Source of the DNA: Heterodontus francisci
Lineage: Eukaryota
NCBI RefSeq assembly: GCF_036365525.1
Contig: NC_090391.1
Span: forward strand, 34,864,591-34,928,590
DNA: 64,000 nt
Reading direction: 5' to 3'
The notes below the pieces were generated by a model. That model was not told where the DNA came from. It searched no databases and saw only the letters and a program-made list of their open reading frames with translations. The position numbers and the translations under genes are program-made. Of this stretch, positions 1 through 11,830 are shown piece after piece (position 1 is the stretch's first letter; each line of letters begins with the position of its first letter).

Positions 1-8
1 AATGGCAG

Positions 9-305
9 ATCTCCCAAAACCAAATCTATCAGTGGATTCTAGTGTTAGTACTCAGGGTGAAGAGGTCTTACTTAACTGTACAAGCCCCAGGGACCTTCCT
101 GGCATCACATTTTATATATACAGACAAGGAGAAGCCGATTACTCAGATGTCCAGTCTGCTGATGCAGGGAGTAATTCTGTCAACTTCAACATCAGGAATA
201 TAGATCATGGTAAAGGAGGAAATTATACCTGTCTGTATGAAGCTGCGGTAGGTGGAAGGAGGCTGATATCAATAGTGAGTGACACTGTACACATCACTGT
301 AAGAG
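9..305 (+). CDS. Ig-like (C2-type) domain exon of an Ig-superfamily receptor (LILR/OSCAR/FcR-like); upstream exons lie outside the window
   Basis: Translation DLPKPNLSV...GEEVLLNC...FYIYR...GGNYTCLY...SDTVHITVR has the PKP start, B-strand Cys and GxYxC motif. AG acceptor at 7-8, GTGAGT donor at 306, phase 1-1 as typical for Ig exons. Confidence 0.85.
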
Positions 306-729
306 GTGAGTGACATTCTCACACTCACTGTGTTTATTGGATCTCAGTAAATGCGGCATCTGTTGATTTTCAGTCTGTGCCAGTTGTGTATGGACCGGTA
401 TACCACGGTTTGAAATGACAGCCAGATGTAAAAACGCATCTTGAGCTGAATCGAAACTGCCTCCCTCTTTACAACCCGCCCAATATTCACTTGCATTGAC
501 TTCAATGGAGCTGAATATCAGGCAGGACCAAAAGCAGGTGGGCCGTGCAACACCGTCGATTTTGCTCTGCTGCACCAAGATTTTTCATTTCATATTTCAT
601 TATGCTCTCGGTTTATCGTGTAATAGCATTCCAGTTGCAATTTATGTCCTGTGTTAAACATCAGATTATTTATCTTGTTAGAAGCTGTTCATTAACTTGA
701 TGCTACGTTGTCTCCTTCTTCTGATTTAG

Positions 730-809
730 TGAAATCCATTGCACTGGTGGCTCTGCAGTGATTCTAATTCTCATCCTTGCTCTGTTGGGTGTTTGCCTTT
801 GTAGGAAAG
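730..809 (+). CDS. Transmembrane exon of the same receptor (frame problem at the upstream acceptor)
   Basis: Polypyrimidine tract with TTTAG at 725-729, hydrophobic GGSAVILILILALLGVCLCRK, donor GTAGGT at 810. In frame with the Ig exon only via the CAG acceptor at 756-758 or if one G is restored. Confidence 0.75.
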
Positions 810-914
810 GTAGGTTAAACCCAATGTAGTAACCGTTCAGTATCGATGCTCAGACTAAGGTAACTGTCACCTCTTCTTCACGACTACTAACCAAATCCCT
901 AAAACATTTGGGTT

Positions 915-1240
915 GGCCCAGTGGCGCAGTGGTTAGCATCACAGCTCTAGGGACCTGGGTTTGATTCTGAGTACTGCCTGTGCGGAGTTTGCAAGTTCTC
1001 TCTGTGACTGTGCTTGTTGCAGATTCCTCCCACAGCCAGGAACTTGCAGGTTGATTTGTAAATTGGCCATTGTAAAATTTCCCCGAGTGTAGGGAGATGG
1101 TAGGAGAATTGAGGGAAGGTGGGGATGTGGTAGGAAATATGGGATTACTGTAGACTTAGTATAAATGGGTGGTTGTTGGTCGGTCCAGGCTCGGTGGGCT
1201 GAATCGCCTGTTTCAGTGCTGTATCTCTAAATAAATAAAA
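915..1240 (+). mobile_element. tRNA-derived V-SINE (HE1-like)
   Basis: A box (GTGGCGCAGTGG), B-box-like GGTTTGATTC, V-domain-like TGCGGAGTTTGCAAGTTCTC and CR1-like 3' tail GCCTGTTTCAGTGCTGTATCTCTAAATAAA. Confidence 0.85.
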
Positions 1241-2554
1241 GTAAACAAATTTAGCAACTGACATCTAACCTTTAAATGTAGGGCGATCATGACCTGAAAG
1301 GTGGAATAACCAATGGCGAAGTTGGGAGTGACTGGGGTAGAAATTCACCTTGGGTAGAATGCCAAGAGAAGCAATCTCTCAATGCCCGCCCGTTGCACTC
1401 GGCATCAGATATTGAGTTCCATAGTTTTCCTTGAGCTGAATGAATGTATGGGTTTATAATGTGGTATCTCAGCCACAAGACTACTTCTGGGCCATATGGC
1501 TGTGTTAGAAATTTTCCATGGCTGTGAAAAAACAGAGGGGCTGTATAGCACAGGCCGATCCAACAAAGACAGTTCCATGTCGCATTCATGCCCATTCCTG
1601 AGGAATGAGTGGGATATCTTAGGCTTCTCTCTCTCGAGGGTGATCACGGTGAAGTGACTATATAGATGTTGTTCAGATGGTATCGAAGAAAGAAAGCTGG
1701 AACGTGGAAGGAAATGAGGGCGAGTCAAAGGGATGCAGACTCAATGTGGTGAGAGGAAAGCCTGTACATATATAAAGGAGTTGGCCTTGAATGAGTAATG
1801 GTGCTAGGATGGACTCCCAACTACAGTTCCGGATGAGAATATGTGGAATCATGACAAAATATTTAGTTGCTGCAATTGGGGCAGGGGGAACTTAAGCGAC
1901 GTTCTGGAAGATGATTGAGATGCAGTGCCCCTATGCATAGGACTCTTGTCCTTCAAAGTCAAAGATAACCCACCTCTCCACGTGACTCCTTCCCACCACT
2001 CCGCTTCCAAGTCGCCTGCCCTTCTCCCTTGGGTAACCCTCTCCAACTACACTGCGTATTTTTGATAGCCCCTCACCGATCATAGTTAAACTTACCCGTC
2101 CATGAGACCGACTGACAGCTCAATGGACTCGCTCCCTTCTGAACATCTCCACAAACAACTTCCTCACCTCAGTTCAATCAACACATTGATCCTCTTTTGG
2201 CTTAGTCAAGACATCCCTCGAAAGTGCTGTCATCAAGAAACTATCTCCAGTTCTTCTGAGCTCCTCACATCTTGATCATCTCTCAAACCTGTGTCCTGCT
2301 CAGAAAACCTCCTGAGAGCGGTTTGCTTCCATTGCTACTTCTATGTATCCTAAACTGGGCATCACATTGTAGACTATAGCTTCATCTCACTTGTCTGTAC
2401 AACATTTCAATTGTAACCTAGGTTCTATCCTTCAACATATTCATCATCATCTTACACCTTAGCACTGTTGATAATTATGTAGTTGAAGTCCGTCCCTCAT
2501 ATGACCATTTCACACTAGGCATTTTTTGGGCACCTCCATATAAACATTTCATGC

Positions 2555-2740
2555 TTATTATTCATTAATGGGATAGGTGGCTCACTGGAAAAGCCAGTAT
2601 TTATTGCCCTTGAGAGCATTACAGAGGTAATGTAAGATTTGGCCGCATTGTTGTGGATTCTGGAATCAAATATCGGCCTGACTGGGTAAATGTGGCGGAT
2701 TTGTATCCTGAAAGGGCATCAGTGCGACATCCGGGCTTTT
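2555..2740 (-). mobile_element. Degenerate short non-autonomous derivative of the 5030-8175 LINE family
   Basis: Resembles both the 3' end (5035-5105) and the 5' region (8000-8120) of that LINE, as does the copy at 52400-52660. Confidence 0.55.
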
Positions 2741-2741
2741 T

Positions 2742-3100
2742 CTTTAGTTTAGTTTAGTTCAGTGATACAGCACTGAAACAGGCCCTTCGGCCCACCGAGT
2801 CTGTGCCGACCATCAACCACCCATTTAAAACAATGCTACAATAATTCCATATTCCTACCACATCCCCACCTGTCCCTATATTTCCCTGCCACCTACCGAT
2901 ACTCGGGGCAATTTATAATGGCCAATTTACCTATCAACCTGCAAGTCTTTGACATGTGGGAGAAAACCGGAGCACCCGGAGGAATCCCATGCAGACACAG
3001 GGAGAACTTGCAAACTCCGCACAGGCAGTACCCAGAATTGAACCCGCGTCGCTTGAGCTGTGAGGCTGTGGTGCAACCATTGCGTCACTGTGCCGCCCCG
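2742..3100 (-). mobile_element. HE1-like V-SINE
   Basis: Reverse complement of the 915-1240 family, with a (TTTAG)n tail at 2743-2758. Confidence 0.9.
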
Positions 3101-3379
3101 AAAGGTTGGTATTACTCGCTTGATTATTCTACACTTGTTGAATTAACTGATTTTTAATTCGTCAACTGACATGATGGGATTTGTACTCTCGTTTACAGAT
3201 CATTCGTCGAAGCTTGCAGATAACATGCCTCATCACATAGCCACAAAGCAAATCCGCCTGTTGTAATGGACATTGGGGCTTGAAGAACGTTTCTGCTCTT
3301 TGCTTTCTCTCATGCTCCTAATCTGTCGACCAGTAACTGGCTCGCAATTCCTGACACTTTTTTTATGTTTTCTTCGCAG

Positions 3380-3407
3380 GGAAGTGCAGCAGCAGCAGAG
3401 AAATATG
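3380..3407 (+). CDS. Small cytoplasmic exon (GKCSSSREI)
   Basis: Acceptor TTTTCTTCGCAG ending 3379, donor GTGAGA at 3408, phase 1 to 2, open in the frame continuing from the TM exon. Confidence 0.55.
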
Positions 3408-3634
3408 GTGAGAATATTAAACCTTCAATCACAACAGACCATCATAATGCTCAGAAGCAAATGATTTGAAAAATGTATCCTCTCTGGATGCATTGTGTCT
3501 TTTTCATTTAAGATATGAGCTCCCCCATTCATGCACACACTTAAAAGAAAACTACAGTCCACAATTAGACATAAGTTGAACTTCAAAACACATGGGTGTC
3601 TTTTTTTTTCAGGAGTCACTGAAAGCTAGCATTT

Positions 3635-4155
3635 AATTTTTATTCATTCACGAGATGTGACCATCGCTGGCAAGGCCAGCATTTGTTGCCCATCCCTAAT
3701 AGCATTCATTGCCCATCCTTAACTGCCCTTGAGAAGGTGGTGATGATCTGCCTTCTGGAACCGCTGCAGTCCTTGGGCTCTTGTGACACCAATAGAGCTG
3801 TTAGGAAGTGTGTTCCAGGATTTTGACCCAGCGACAGTGAAGGAACAGTCGACATATTTCCAAGTCAGGATGGTGTGTGGCTCCGAGGGAAACGTGCAGG
3901 TTGTGGTGTTCCCAAGCATCTGCTGCCCCTATCGTTCTGGGTGGTTGAGGTCGCGGGTTTGGAAGGTGCTGTCGAAGTGCCTTGGTGAATTGCTGCACTG
4001 CGTCTTGTAGATGACACTGTGTGTCAGTGGTGGAGGAAATGAATATTTATGGCTGGGGTGCCAATCAAACTGGGTGCTTTGTCCTGGATGGTGTCGAGCT
4101 TTTGAGTGCTGTTGGAGCTGCACCCATCCAGGCAAGTGGAGAGTATTTCATACAC
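3635..4155 (-). mobile_element. 3' fragment of the 5030-8175 LINE family
   Basis: Colinear with 5035-5530; encodes RQHLPNPRP. Confidence 0.8.
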
Positions 4156-4639
4156 ACTCGAACCAACAATCACACACATACATATACTCGCAGGAAAAGA
4201 ACATACCCACTCCCACTATAATAAACGCACCTACATACTCATCTGAACATTTGCAGCATTTGTTCAACTCAATAATTTGTGTTCACGATAAGTAATACAG
4301 ATGAGCTTTGATCAGTTTGACAGGCACATGTTTCTGACCATGCAAATAAGCCCACTTTTGCACATAACGCAGAAACCACGCCGATAATCCATTCAATACC
4401 TGCCCGAATAAGTAGATAACCAGGGTTGTGAAAGTTACTGCGAAAAATTTGTGATGGTTAATTATTTGATGGACCACAGCACCTCCGAGGGACCAAACTA
4501 GCAAAGCCCTTACATAAAGTTCTGTTTTGCGTTTCTGCTTCCAGAATCGTCATTAACATTTAGAATGTTCTTAGCATTTAATGAATAAGAATGTAAGAAT
4601 AGTCATTAGAGCATTACTAGTAATTGTCTGTTGATTATT

Positions 4640-5010
4640 CCAATTAGGACCTAACCAGAGATTTATAAAAGTTCAGCATAATTTAATGAAGCCCAAGATC
4701 CCATATGTTTTACCAACAGCTCTCTCAATATGTCCTGCCACCTTCAAAGAGCGATGCACATGCACCCCCAGGTCCCTCTGTTCCTGCACACTCTTCAGAA
4801 CAGCGCCATTAAGTGTATATTGTCTCTCCCTATCATTCTGTCAAAATACATCACCTCACACTTGTCTGTATTAAATTCCATTGGCCCCCTCACTGCCTAT
4901 TATACTAGTCCATCGATGTCCTCTTGCCGGTGATTCATATCATCTTAAATATTTCTCACATCTCCAAGTTTGGTGTCATCAGCACATTTTGTGTTTCTAC
5001 TCTGTATTCC
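4640..5010 (-). mobile_element. Degenerate CR1 RT fragment
   Basis: Similar to the RT C-terminal region of the other CR1 copies (e.g. 30400-30780). Confidence 0.6.
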
Positions 5011-5029
5011 AAGATCCAAGTCATGTAGG

Positions 5030-8000
5030 TTTTTTTTATTCATTCATGGGATGTGGGCGTCGCTGGCCAGACCAGCATTTATTGCCCATCCCTAATTGCC
5101 ATTGAGAAGGTGGTGGTGAGCTGTCTTCTTGACCCGCTGCAGTCCATGTGGGGTAGGTATACCCACAGTGCTGTTAGGAAGGGAGTTTCAGGATTTTGAC
5201 CCAGCGGCAGTGAAGGAACTGCGATATAGTTCCAAGTCAGGATGGTGTGTGACTTGGAGGGGAACTTGTATTGCCATGTGTGTGCTGCCCTTGTCCTTCT
5301 AGTTGGTACATGTCGCGGGTTTGGAAGGTGCTGTCGAGGGAGCCTTGGTGCATTGCTGCAGTGCATCTTGTAGATGGTACACACTGCTGCCACTGTGCGT
5401 CGGTGGTGGAGGGATTGAATGTTTGTAGATGAGGTGGCAATCAAGCGGGCTCCTTTGTCCTGGATGGTGTCGAGCTTCATGAGGTTTCTTGGAGCTGCAC
5501 CCACCCAGGCAAGTTGAGAGTATTCCATCACACTCCTGACTTGTGCCTTGTCGATGGTGGACAGGCTATGGGGAGTCAGGAGCTGAGTTACTCTTCTCAG
5601 GATTCCTAGCCTCTGACCTGCTCTTGTAGCCACGCTATTTATATGGCTACTCCAGTTCAGTTTCTGGTCAATGGTCGCCCCTAGGATGTTGATAGTGGAG
5701 GTTTCAGCGATGGTAATGCCGTTGAATGTCAAGGGGAGATGGTTAGATTCTCTCTTGTTGGAGATTGTCATTGCCTGGCACTTGCGTGGCGCGAATGTTA
5801 CTTGCCACTTATCAGCCCAATCTTGGATATTGTCCAGGTCTTGCTGCATTTCTGCACTGACTGCTTCAGTATCTGAAGAGTCACGAATGGTGCTGAACAT
5901 TGTGCAATCATCAGCGAACCTCCCCACTTCTGACCTTATGATTGAAGGAAGGTAATTGATGAAGCATCTGAAGATGGTTGGGGCTTGGACACTACCCTGA
6001 GGAACTCCTGCAATGATGTCCTGGAGCTCAGATGATTGACCTCCAACAACCACAACCATCTTCCTTTGTGCTCGGTATGCCTCCAGCCAGTGGAGGGTTT
6101 TCCCCCTGATTCCCATTGACCTCAGTTTTGCTAGGGCTCCTTGATGCCATACTCGGTCAAATGCTGCCTTGATGTCAAGGGCAGTCACTCTCACCTCACC
6201 TCTTGAGTTCAGCTCTTTTGTCCATGTTTGATTCAAGGCTGTAATGAGGTCAGCAGCTGAGTGGCCCTGCCGGAACCCAAACTGAGCGTCACTGAGCAGG
6301 ATATTGCTTCGAAAGTGCCGCTTGATGGCACTGTTGATGACACCTTCCATCACTTTATTGATGATTGACAGTAGGCTGATGGGGCGGTAGTTGTCCAGGT
6401 TGGACTTGTCCTGCTTTTTGTGTACAGGACATACCTGGGCAATTTTCCACATTGCAGGGTAGATGCCAGTGTTGTAGCTGTACTGGAACAGCTTGGCTAG
6501 GGGCGCAGCAAGTTCTGGAGCACAGGTCTTCAGTACTATTGCCGGAGTATTGTCAGGGCCCATAGCTTTTGTAGTATCCAGTGCCTTTAGTCGTTTCTTG
6601 GTATCACGAGGAGTGAATCGAATTGGCTGAAGTCAGGGATCTATGATGCTGGGGACCTCAGGAGGAGGCCGAGGTGGATCATCAACTCGATACTTCTGGC
6701 TGAAGATTGTTGCAAAGGCTTCAGCCTTATCTTTCGCACTGATGTGCTGGGCTCCCCCATCATTGAGGATGGGGATATTTGTGGAGCAACCTCCTCCAGT
6801 TAGTTGTTTAATTGTCCACCACCATTCACGGCTGGATGTGACAGGACTGCAGGGCTATGGGATCACTTAGCTCTGTCTGTCGCATGCTGCTTACCCAGTT
6901 TGGCATGCAAGTAGTCCTGGTTTGTAGCTTCACCAGGTTGACACCTCATTTTGAAGTATGCCTGGTGCTGCTCCTGGCATGCCCTCCTGCACTCTTCATT
7001 GAACCAGGGTTGCTCTCCTGGCTTGATAGTAATGGTAGAGTGGGGGATATGCCGGGCCATCAGGTTTCTGGTTGTGGTTGAGTACAATTCTGCTGCTGCT
7101 GATGGCCCACAGCGCCTCATGGATGCCAAGTCTTGCATTGCTAGATCTGTTCGAAATCTATCCCATTTAGCACGGTGATAGTACCACACAACACGATGGA
7201 TGGTATCCTCAATATGAAGGCAGGACTTCGTCTCCACAAGGACTGTGCGGTGGTCACTCCTACCAATACTGTCATGGACAGATGCATCTGCGGCAGGCAG
7301 ATTGGTGAGGACGAGGTAAAGTATGTTCCTCCCTCGTGTTGGTTCCCCCACCACCTGCCGCGGACCCTGTCTAGCAGCTATGTCCTTTAGGACTCGACGA
7401 GCTCGGTCAGTAGTGGTGCTACCGAGCCACTCTTGGTGATGGACATTGAAGTCCCCCACCCAGAGTACATTTTGTGCCCTTGCCACCCTCAGTGCTTCTT
7501 CCAAGTGGTGTTCAACATGGAGGAGTACTGAGTCATCAGCTGAGAGAAGGCGGTATGTGGTAATCAGTAGGCGGTTACCTTTTCCATGTTTGACCTGATG
7601 CCATAGGACATCATGAGGTCCGGAGTCAATGTTGAGGACTCCCAGGGCAACTGCCTCCCTACTGCATACGACTGTGCCACCACCTCTGCTGGGTCTGTCC
7701 TCCCGGTGGGACAGGACATACCCGGGGATGTTGATCGCAGTGTCTGGGACATTGTCTGTAAGGTATGATTCTGTGAGCTTGACTATGTCAAGTTGTTGCT
7801 TGAATATCCTGTGGGACAGCTCTCCCAACTTAGGCAGAAGCCCCCAGATGTTAGTAAGGAGGACTTTGTAGGGTCGACAGCGCTGGGTTTGCCGTTGTCG
7901 TTTCCGGTGCCTTGGTCGATGCTGGGTGGTCCGTCCGGTTTCATTCCTTTTTATTGACTTCGTAGCGGTTAATTACTCTTGAGTAGCTTGCGAGGCCATT

Positions 8001-8175
8001 TCGAGGGCATGTAAGAGTTAACCACATTGCTGTGGATCTTGAGTCACATGTAGGCCAGACCAGGTAAGGCCAGCAGATTGCCTTCCCTGAAGGACATTAG
8101 TGAACCAGATGGGTTTTTACAACAATCGACAATGGTTTTACGGCCATCATTAGACTAGCTTTTGATTCCAGATTT
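5030..8175 (-). mobile_element. Near full-length single-ORF non-LTR retrotransposon (CR1/L2/Jockey group), disrupted
   Basis: APE ORF 6863-7828 (VGDFNVHH, SDH) and RT ORF 5079-6563 (YRPISLL, QFGFR, LDIKAAFDRVWH, GVPQGS, FADD), broken between them. No ORF1 visible. Confidence 0.92.
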
Positions 8176-8869
8176 ATCAATTAAATGTATAGTTAAAGAA
8201 AACAGTAGTCTCAGAAATGACCCTTGGGGAACACCACAGTCTACCATCTGAAAAGCTCATATTTATGGTGACTCGCAGTTTCTGTCGCTCAGCCAATGTT
8301 TTATCCAACTGTACACTGAACCTCCTATTCTATTTCCCTGGACAGTTTCTAATGGTGGAGATGTGGTGGCCATAGGTTGTTATAATGGGAAGACAGTGAC
8401 ACGTAGGTAGGATATGAAACATGACCACAGCTGGACAGGAATTCTAGATGGGGAACAAGATCAAAAATGGCAGCTAACCAAATATGTTATCGTTAATGCA
8501 TTTCGATGTGGAAATTCTTTGGACGACAGCACATGGATAAATACATATTGATAGTCAAAGTGAAAAGTGATACAGTTAAACAATCATTGTGACTATTGGT
8601 CAGCTCAAGACTGGACACTCCAATGCTGCATTAGTGTGAGCCGTAACAATAACAAGTCACACACAGAAAATCTACTGCCCATCTCCAGGGAAATCTTGGC
8701 CATCCCGTAAGCATCTGCAGCAAGAGTTGAAATGGGAAAGGGAAGGTCAGCAAAGGAGGTACATTCGCTTCTTCATGAACAATCAAAGAGTCTTTAGGGT
8801 TTGTCAAGTACCAGTTGCTCCCAACACTTGGCAGTAGAGTCAGTGTTCCTTCCATATGATACAATAACT

Positions 8870-9170
8870 ACCTATAATTATATAGCGCCTGTAATGTACC
8901 AGAACAACACAAAGAAATTCACAAGAAGGTTATCCAGCAAAATTAGATATTGAGTCAAATAAAGCGATAATATGGCAGGTGGTAATAAGGCTTGTTCAAA
9001 GAGGTCCACTTTAAGGAGCATCTTGAAGGAAGGAAGAGCGGTGGAGCATTGGAGAGTGTTCGAGAGGGAATTCGGGAGTTTGAGGACCAGGCAGTTTAAG
9101 GCACGGTTGCCAAAGCTGGAGTTAATAAAATCGGGAATGCTCATTCGGTGCAATGATATATTGATGTGAA
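8870..9170 (-). mobile_element. L2-type LINE 3' remnant
   Basis: Reads FGNRALNC...LPNSL...SFKMLLK like an L2 C-terminus, ending in TATATAGCGCC-type 3' sequence. Similar L2 debris at ~22300-23200 and 37060-37190. Confidence 0.6.
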
Positions 9171-9683
9171 AATGAGGAAGATCTATCAATCAACATATAA
9201 CTCTTCAAAACACGAGCAAATATTTTAAGTATTTTCACATCTATGATTTATTGCTTTGTTTTGTTTCATTTAGATGCAGTCCTTAAGCTGAACGTACAAC
9301 CGGAGAGAAACTAAGTAAGTTAAAAATGGCCCAGAAGGTTATATCTATCGTTTGATGTTTCATCTTATTTTACTCATTCATACACTTAGGAAGAAGTGCC
9401 CTAATATCTTGCTGCTTTCTCTACTGAGTCCATGTTCTGCTTTTAATATCTCAGCTACCTTGTTCTATGAATAAATATTCGTGAGGACAAATAGTTTTCC
9501 GTTCACATTTCGAACTATCTTAAAATGGCCACAGAAATGTACACAGGCAAGGGAAGTGAACAGTTTGTGTTTGTCTCAGTGGATTGAACCTCATTATATA
9601 ATGAATATTTGAGCAGTGAAGAGCAGAGCTGCTCAATCGAGAAGAAGTTAAGGACATTGGCAATTACGTTTGGACTTTTACAG

Positions 9684-9717
9684 TGTATATGTTACATATA
9701 CTGTTATATAACCAGAT
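9684..9717 (+). pseudogene. Cytoplasmic exon with ITIM-like VTYTVI followed by in-frame TAA
   Basis: Acceptor TTTTACAG ending 9683, donor GTAAGT at 9718. Phase 2 to 0 joins the 3380 exon to the last exon and reads VYVTYTVI*PD. Confidence 0.5.
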
Positions 9718-9799
9718 GTAAGTATTGTTTTTTTCAGGTTGTTTTTCTTCAGGTTTGCACTTGCTGATGTTCTATATTCAGTATATTCACACCTAATCT

Positions 9800-10066
9800 G
9801 TACTAATGCTTTGTCTTTCAAAACACCATTAACATATTGTTTGCCTTTGCTCCGTGACCTTTTGGTCAGCTATGTGGCCTGGTCCAATCTGCACCTTCTC
9901 CTTTGTTATCTCTTGCCCAACCCCCACCTCACTTGTTTATAATCTGTGACTTTTCTAATATTTGTCAGTTCCGAAGAAGGGTCACTGACCCGAAACGTTA
10001 ACTCTGCTTCTCTTTCCACAGATGCTGCCAGACCTGCTGAGTGATTCCAGCATTTCTTGTTTTTGT
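9800..10066 (+). mobile_element. Penelope-like element terminal repeat
   Basis: Contains a hammerhead core followed by ACAGATGCTGCCAGACCTGCTGAG...CCAGCATT. The same motif flanks the GIY-YIG remnant at 25625-26250. Confidence 0.8.
9967..10003 (+). ncRNA. Minimal type I hammerhead ribozyme motif (U4C core variant)
   Basis: AGTT-CCGAAGA-A-GGGTC act GACCC-GAAA-CGTT-AACT gives stem I AGUU/AACU, stem II GGGUC/GACCC and a palindromic stem III (AACGTT). Confidence 0.7.
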
Positions 10067-10273
10067 TGTGTAACTATTGTACAGCAGTTACTGTTTCACT
10101 GTTGGTTTATGTGCGGACTAGGAAGAGTATTGTTTGGTCTAAACAAGGCATTTCTAAAAATTAATTTTCGATTCATTCTGCTGCTGTCCACTGCTAAGAG
10201 AATTTCACTTAACTTTGAACAGATTTTAAGACAATGGGTTGATTTTTATGACCAATTTCACCATTTACTTCAG

Positions 10274-10339
10274 TGTCAGCCAGAGACCACCCGGAACCTC
10301 GGTGAGGACTTCACCCTCTATGCAGCGGTGAAGATTTAG
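10274..10339 (+). CDS. Terminal exon with ITSM-like TLYAAV
   Basis: Acceptor TTTACTTCAG ending 10273; reads CQPETTRNLGEDFTLYAAVKI*, with TxYxxV two residues from the C-terminus. Confidence 0.65.
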   Translation, partial: CQPETTRNLGEDFTLYAAVKI

Positions 10340-10929
10340 AACATTTACAGATCTCCTGGGCACAAGGCATGCCCCCCTCAACAAGAGGTCCAGTGCTAAG
10401 CAACATGATGATCATTGACACATCATTCAATGTTGCCAAGAAAGATTAAGTATTTCCAAACAGCCAGCTTGAGAAACAGAATCTACAAGAGAATCCCGAC
10501 CCCACTCTTGGTATGGAGTTTCCTATACATGTCAATCAAACGACGTTTTTGAAAACAGCAAACAGGAGTAGGCCATTCAGCCCTGCTCGCCTGATACCAT
10601 TCAATTATATCATGGCTGTTCTGCACCTTAGCTCTCTTTATCCGCCTTAGTTCCATCAACCCGTGATCCCTGTATAAAACAAATATCGCAGTCTCTAAAG
10701 CTGCAACTATGTGTCACCATCCACCGCCCTTTGTGGGAAAGAGTATAAACTTTTTGTGACTGTTGTGTGCAAATATGCCTCCTGATTTTGCTCCTGAGCT
10801 GCTCGCTCTCATATAGGAAGAGGGCTAGTCCATTCGGACCCATGAGCCTGCTCCGCCATGCAACTAGAACATGCAACACGATGGGCCGAAGGGTCTCCTT
10901 CTGTGCTGCATGACTCTATGACTCTATGG

Positions 10930-11830
10930 CTGATGTTCTACCTCAACACCATTTTCCTGCTCTATCTTCACATCCCTGGATATTTTAATACCTAAAACCT
11001 ATCCATCTCTGTCTTGAATATACTCAATGACTGAGACTCCACTGCCCGCTGGGATAGGGAATTCCAAAGATTCACCACCCTCTGAGTGAAGATATTCCTC
11101 CTCCTCTCAGTCTTAAGTGGCCTGCCCCTTATTCTGAGAATGTGTCCCTTGGTTCTAGACTCCCCAGCCAGGGAAAACATCCTTCCTGCATCCAACGTGT
11201 CACGCCCTGGAAGAATTTTGTATATTTGAATAAGATCACCTCTCATTATTCGAAACACCAGAGAATACAGGCACAGTTTCCTCAACCTCTCCTCATAGGA
11301 CAAACCTGCCATCTCAGGGATCAGTCTGCTGAACCTTTGTTGTACTCCTTCTATGGCAAGTATATCTTTCCTTAGGTAAGGAGACCAAAACTGTGCACAA
11401 TACTCCAGGTGCAGTCGCACCAATGCTCTATACAATTTCAGCAAGAGTTATTTACACTTGTACTCAAACCCTCTTCCAATAAAGACCAACATGCCAGTTG
11501 CTTTCCTAATTGTTTGCTGCACCTATATGTTACCTTTCAGTGACTCTTGAACAAGGACAGCCAGGTCCCTTTAGATAACAACACTTCCTGACCTCTCACC
11601 ATTTAAGCAAAACTCTGCATTTCTGTTTTTCCTACCAAAGTGGACTACTTCACATGTTTCCATATTATATTTAATCTGCCATGTTCTTTTCCACTCACTC
11701 AGCCTGTAAAAATTCCCTTTAAACCTCCTCACATCCTCCTCTTAACCCACATGCCCACCTAATCTCGTGTAATTTGTAAACTTGGAATAATTATGTTTGG
11801 TCCCCACATCCAAATTCTTGATGTATATTG
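10930..11830 (-). mobile_element. 5'-truncated CR1 LINE
   Basis: ORF 10992-11444 LYRALVRLHLEYCAQFWSP...FTQRVVNLWNSL is the CR1 ORF2 C-terminus. Confidence 0.9.

Noticed and set aside
2-313. Stand-alone 103-aa ORF starting at ATG 2
   Set aside because: The ATG overlaps the splice acceptor and the ORF runs through the donor. It is an internal exon.
915-990. tRNA genes here and at 3030-3100, 35250-35310, 36578-36640 and 60430-60495
   Set aside because: They are SINE heads with A/B boxes but no complete cloverleaf, and most continue into SINE bodies.
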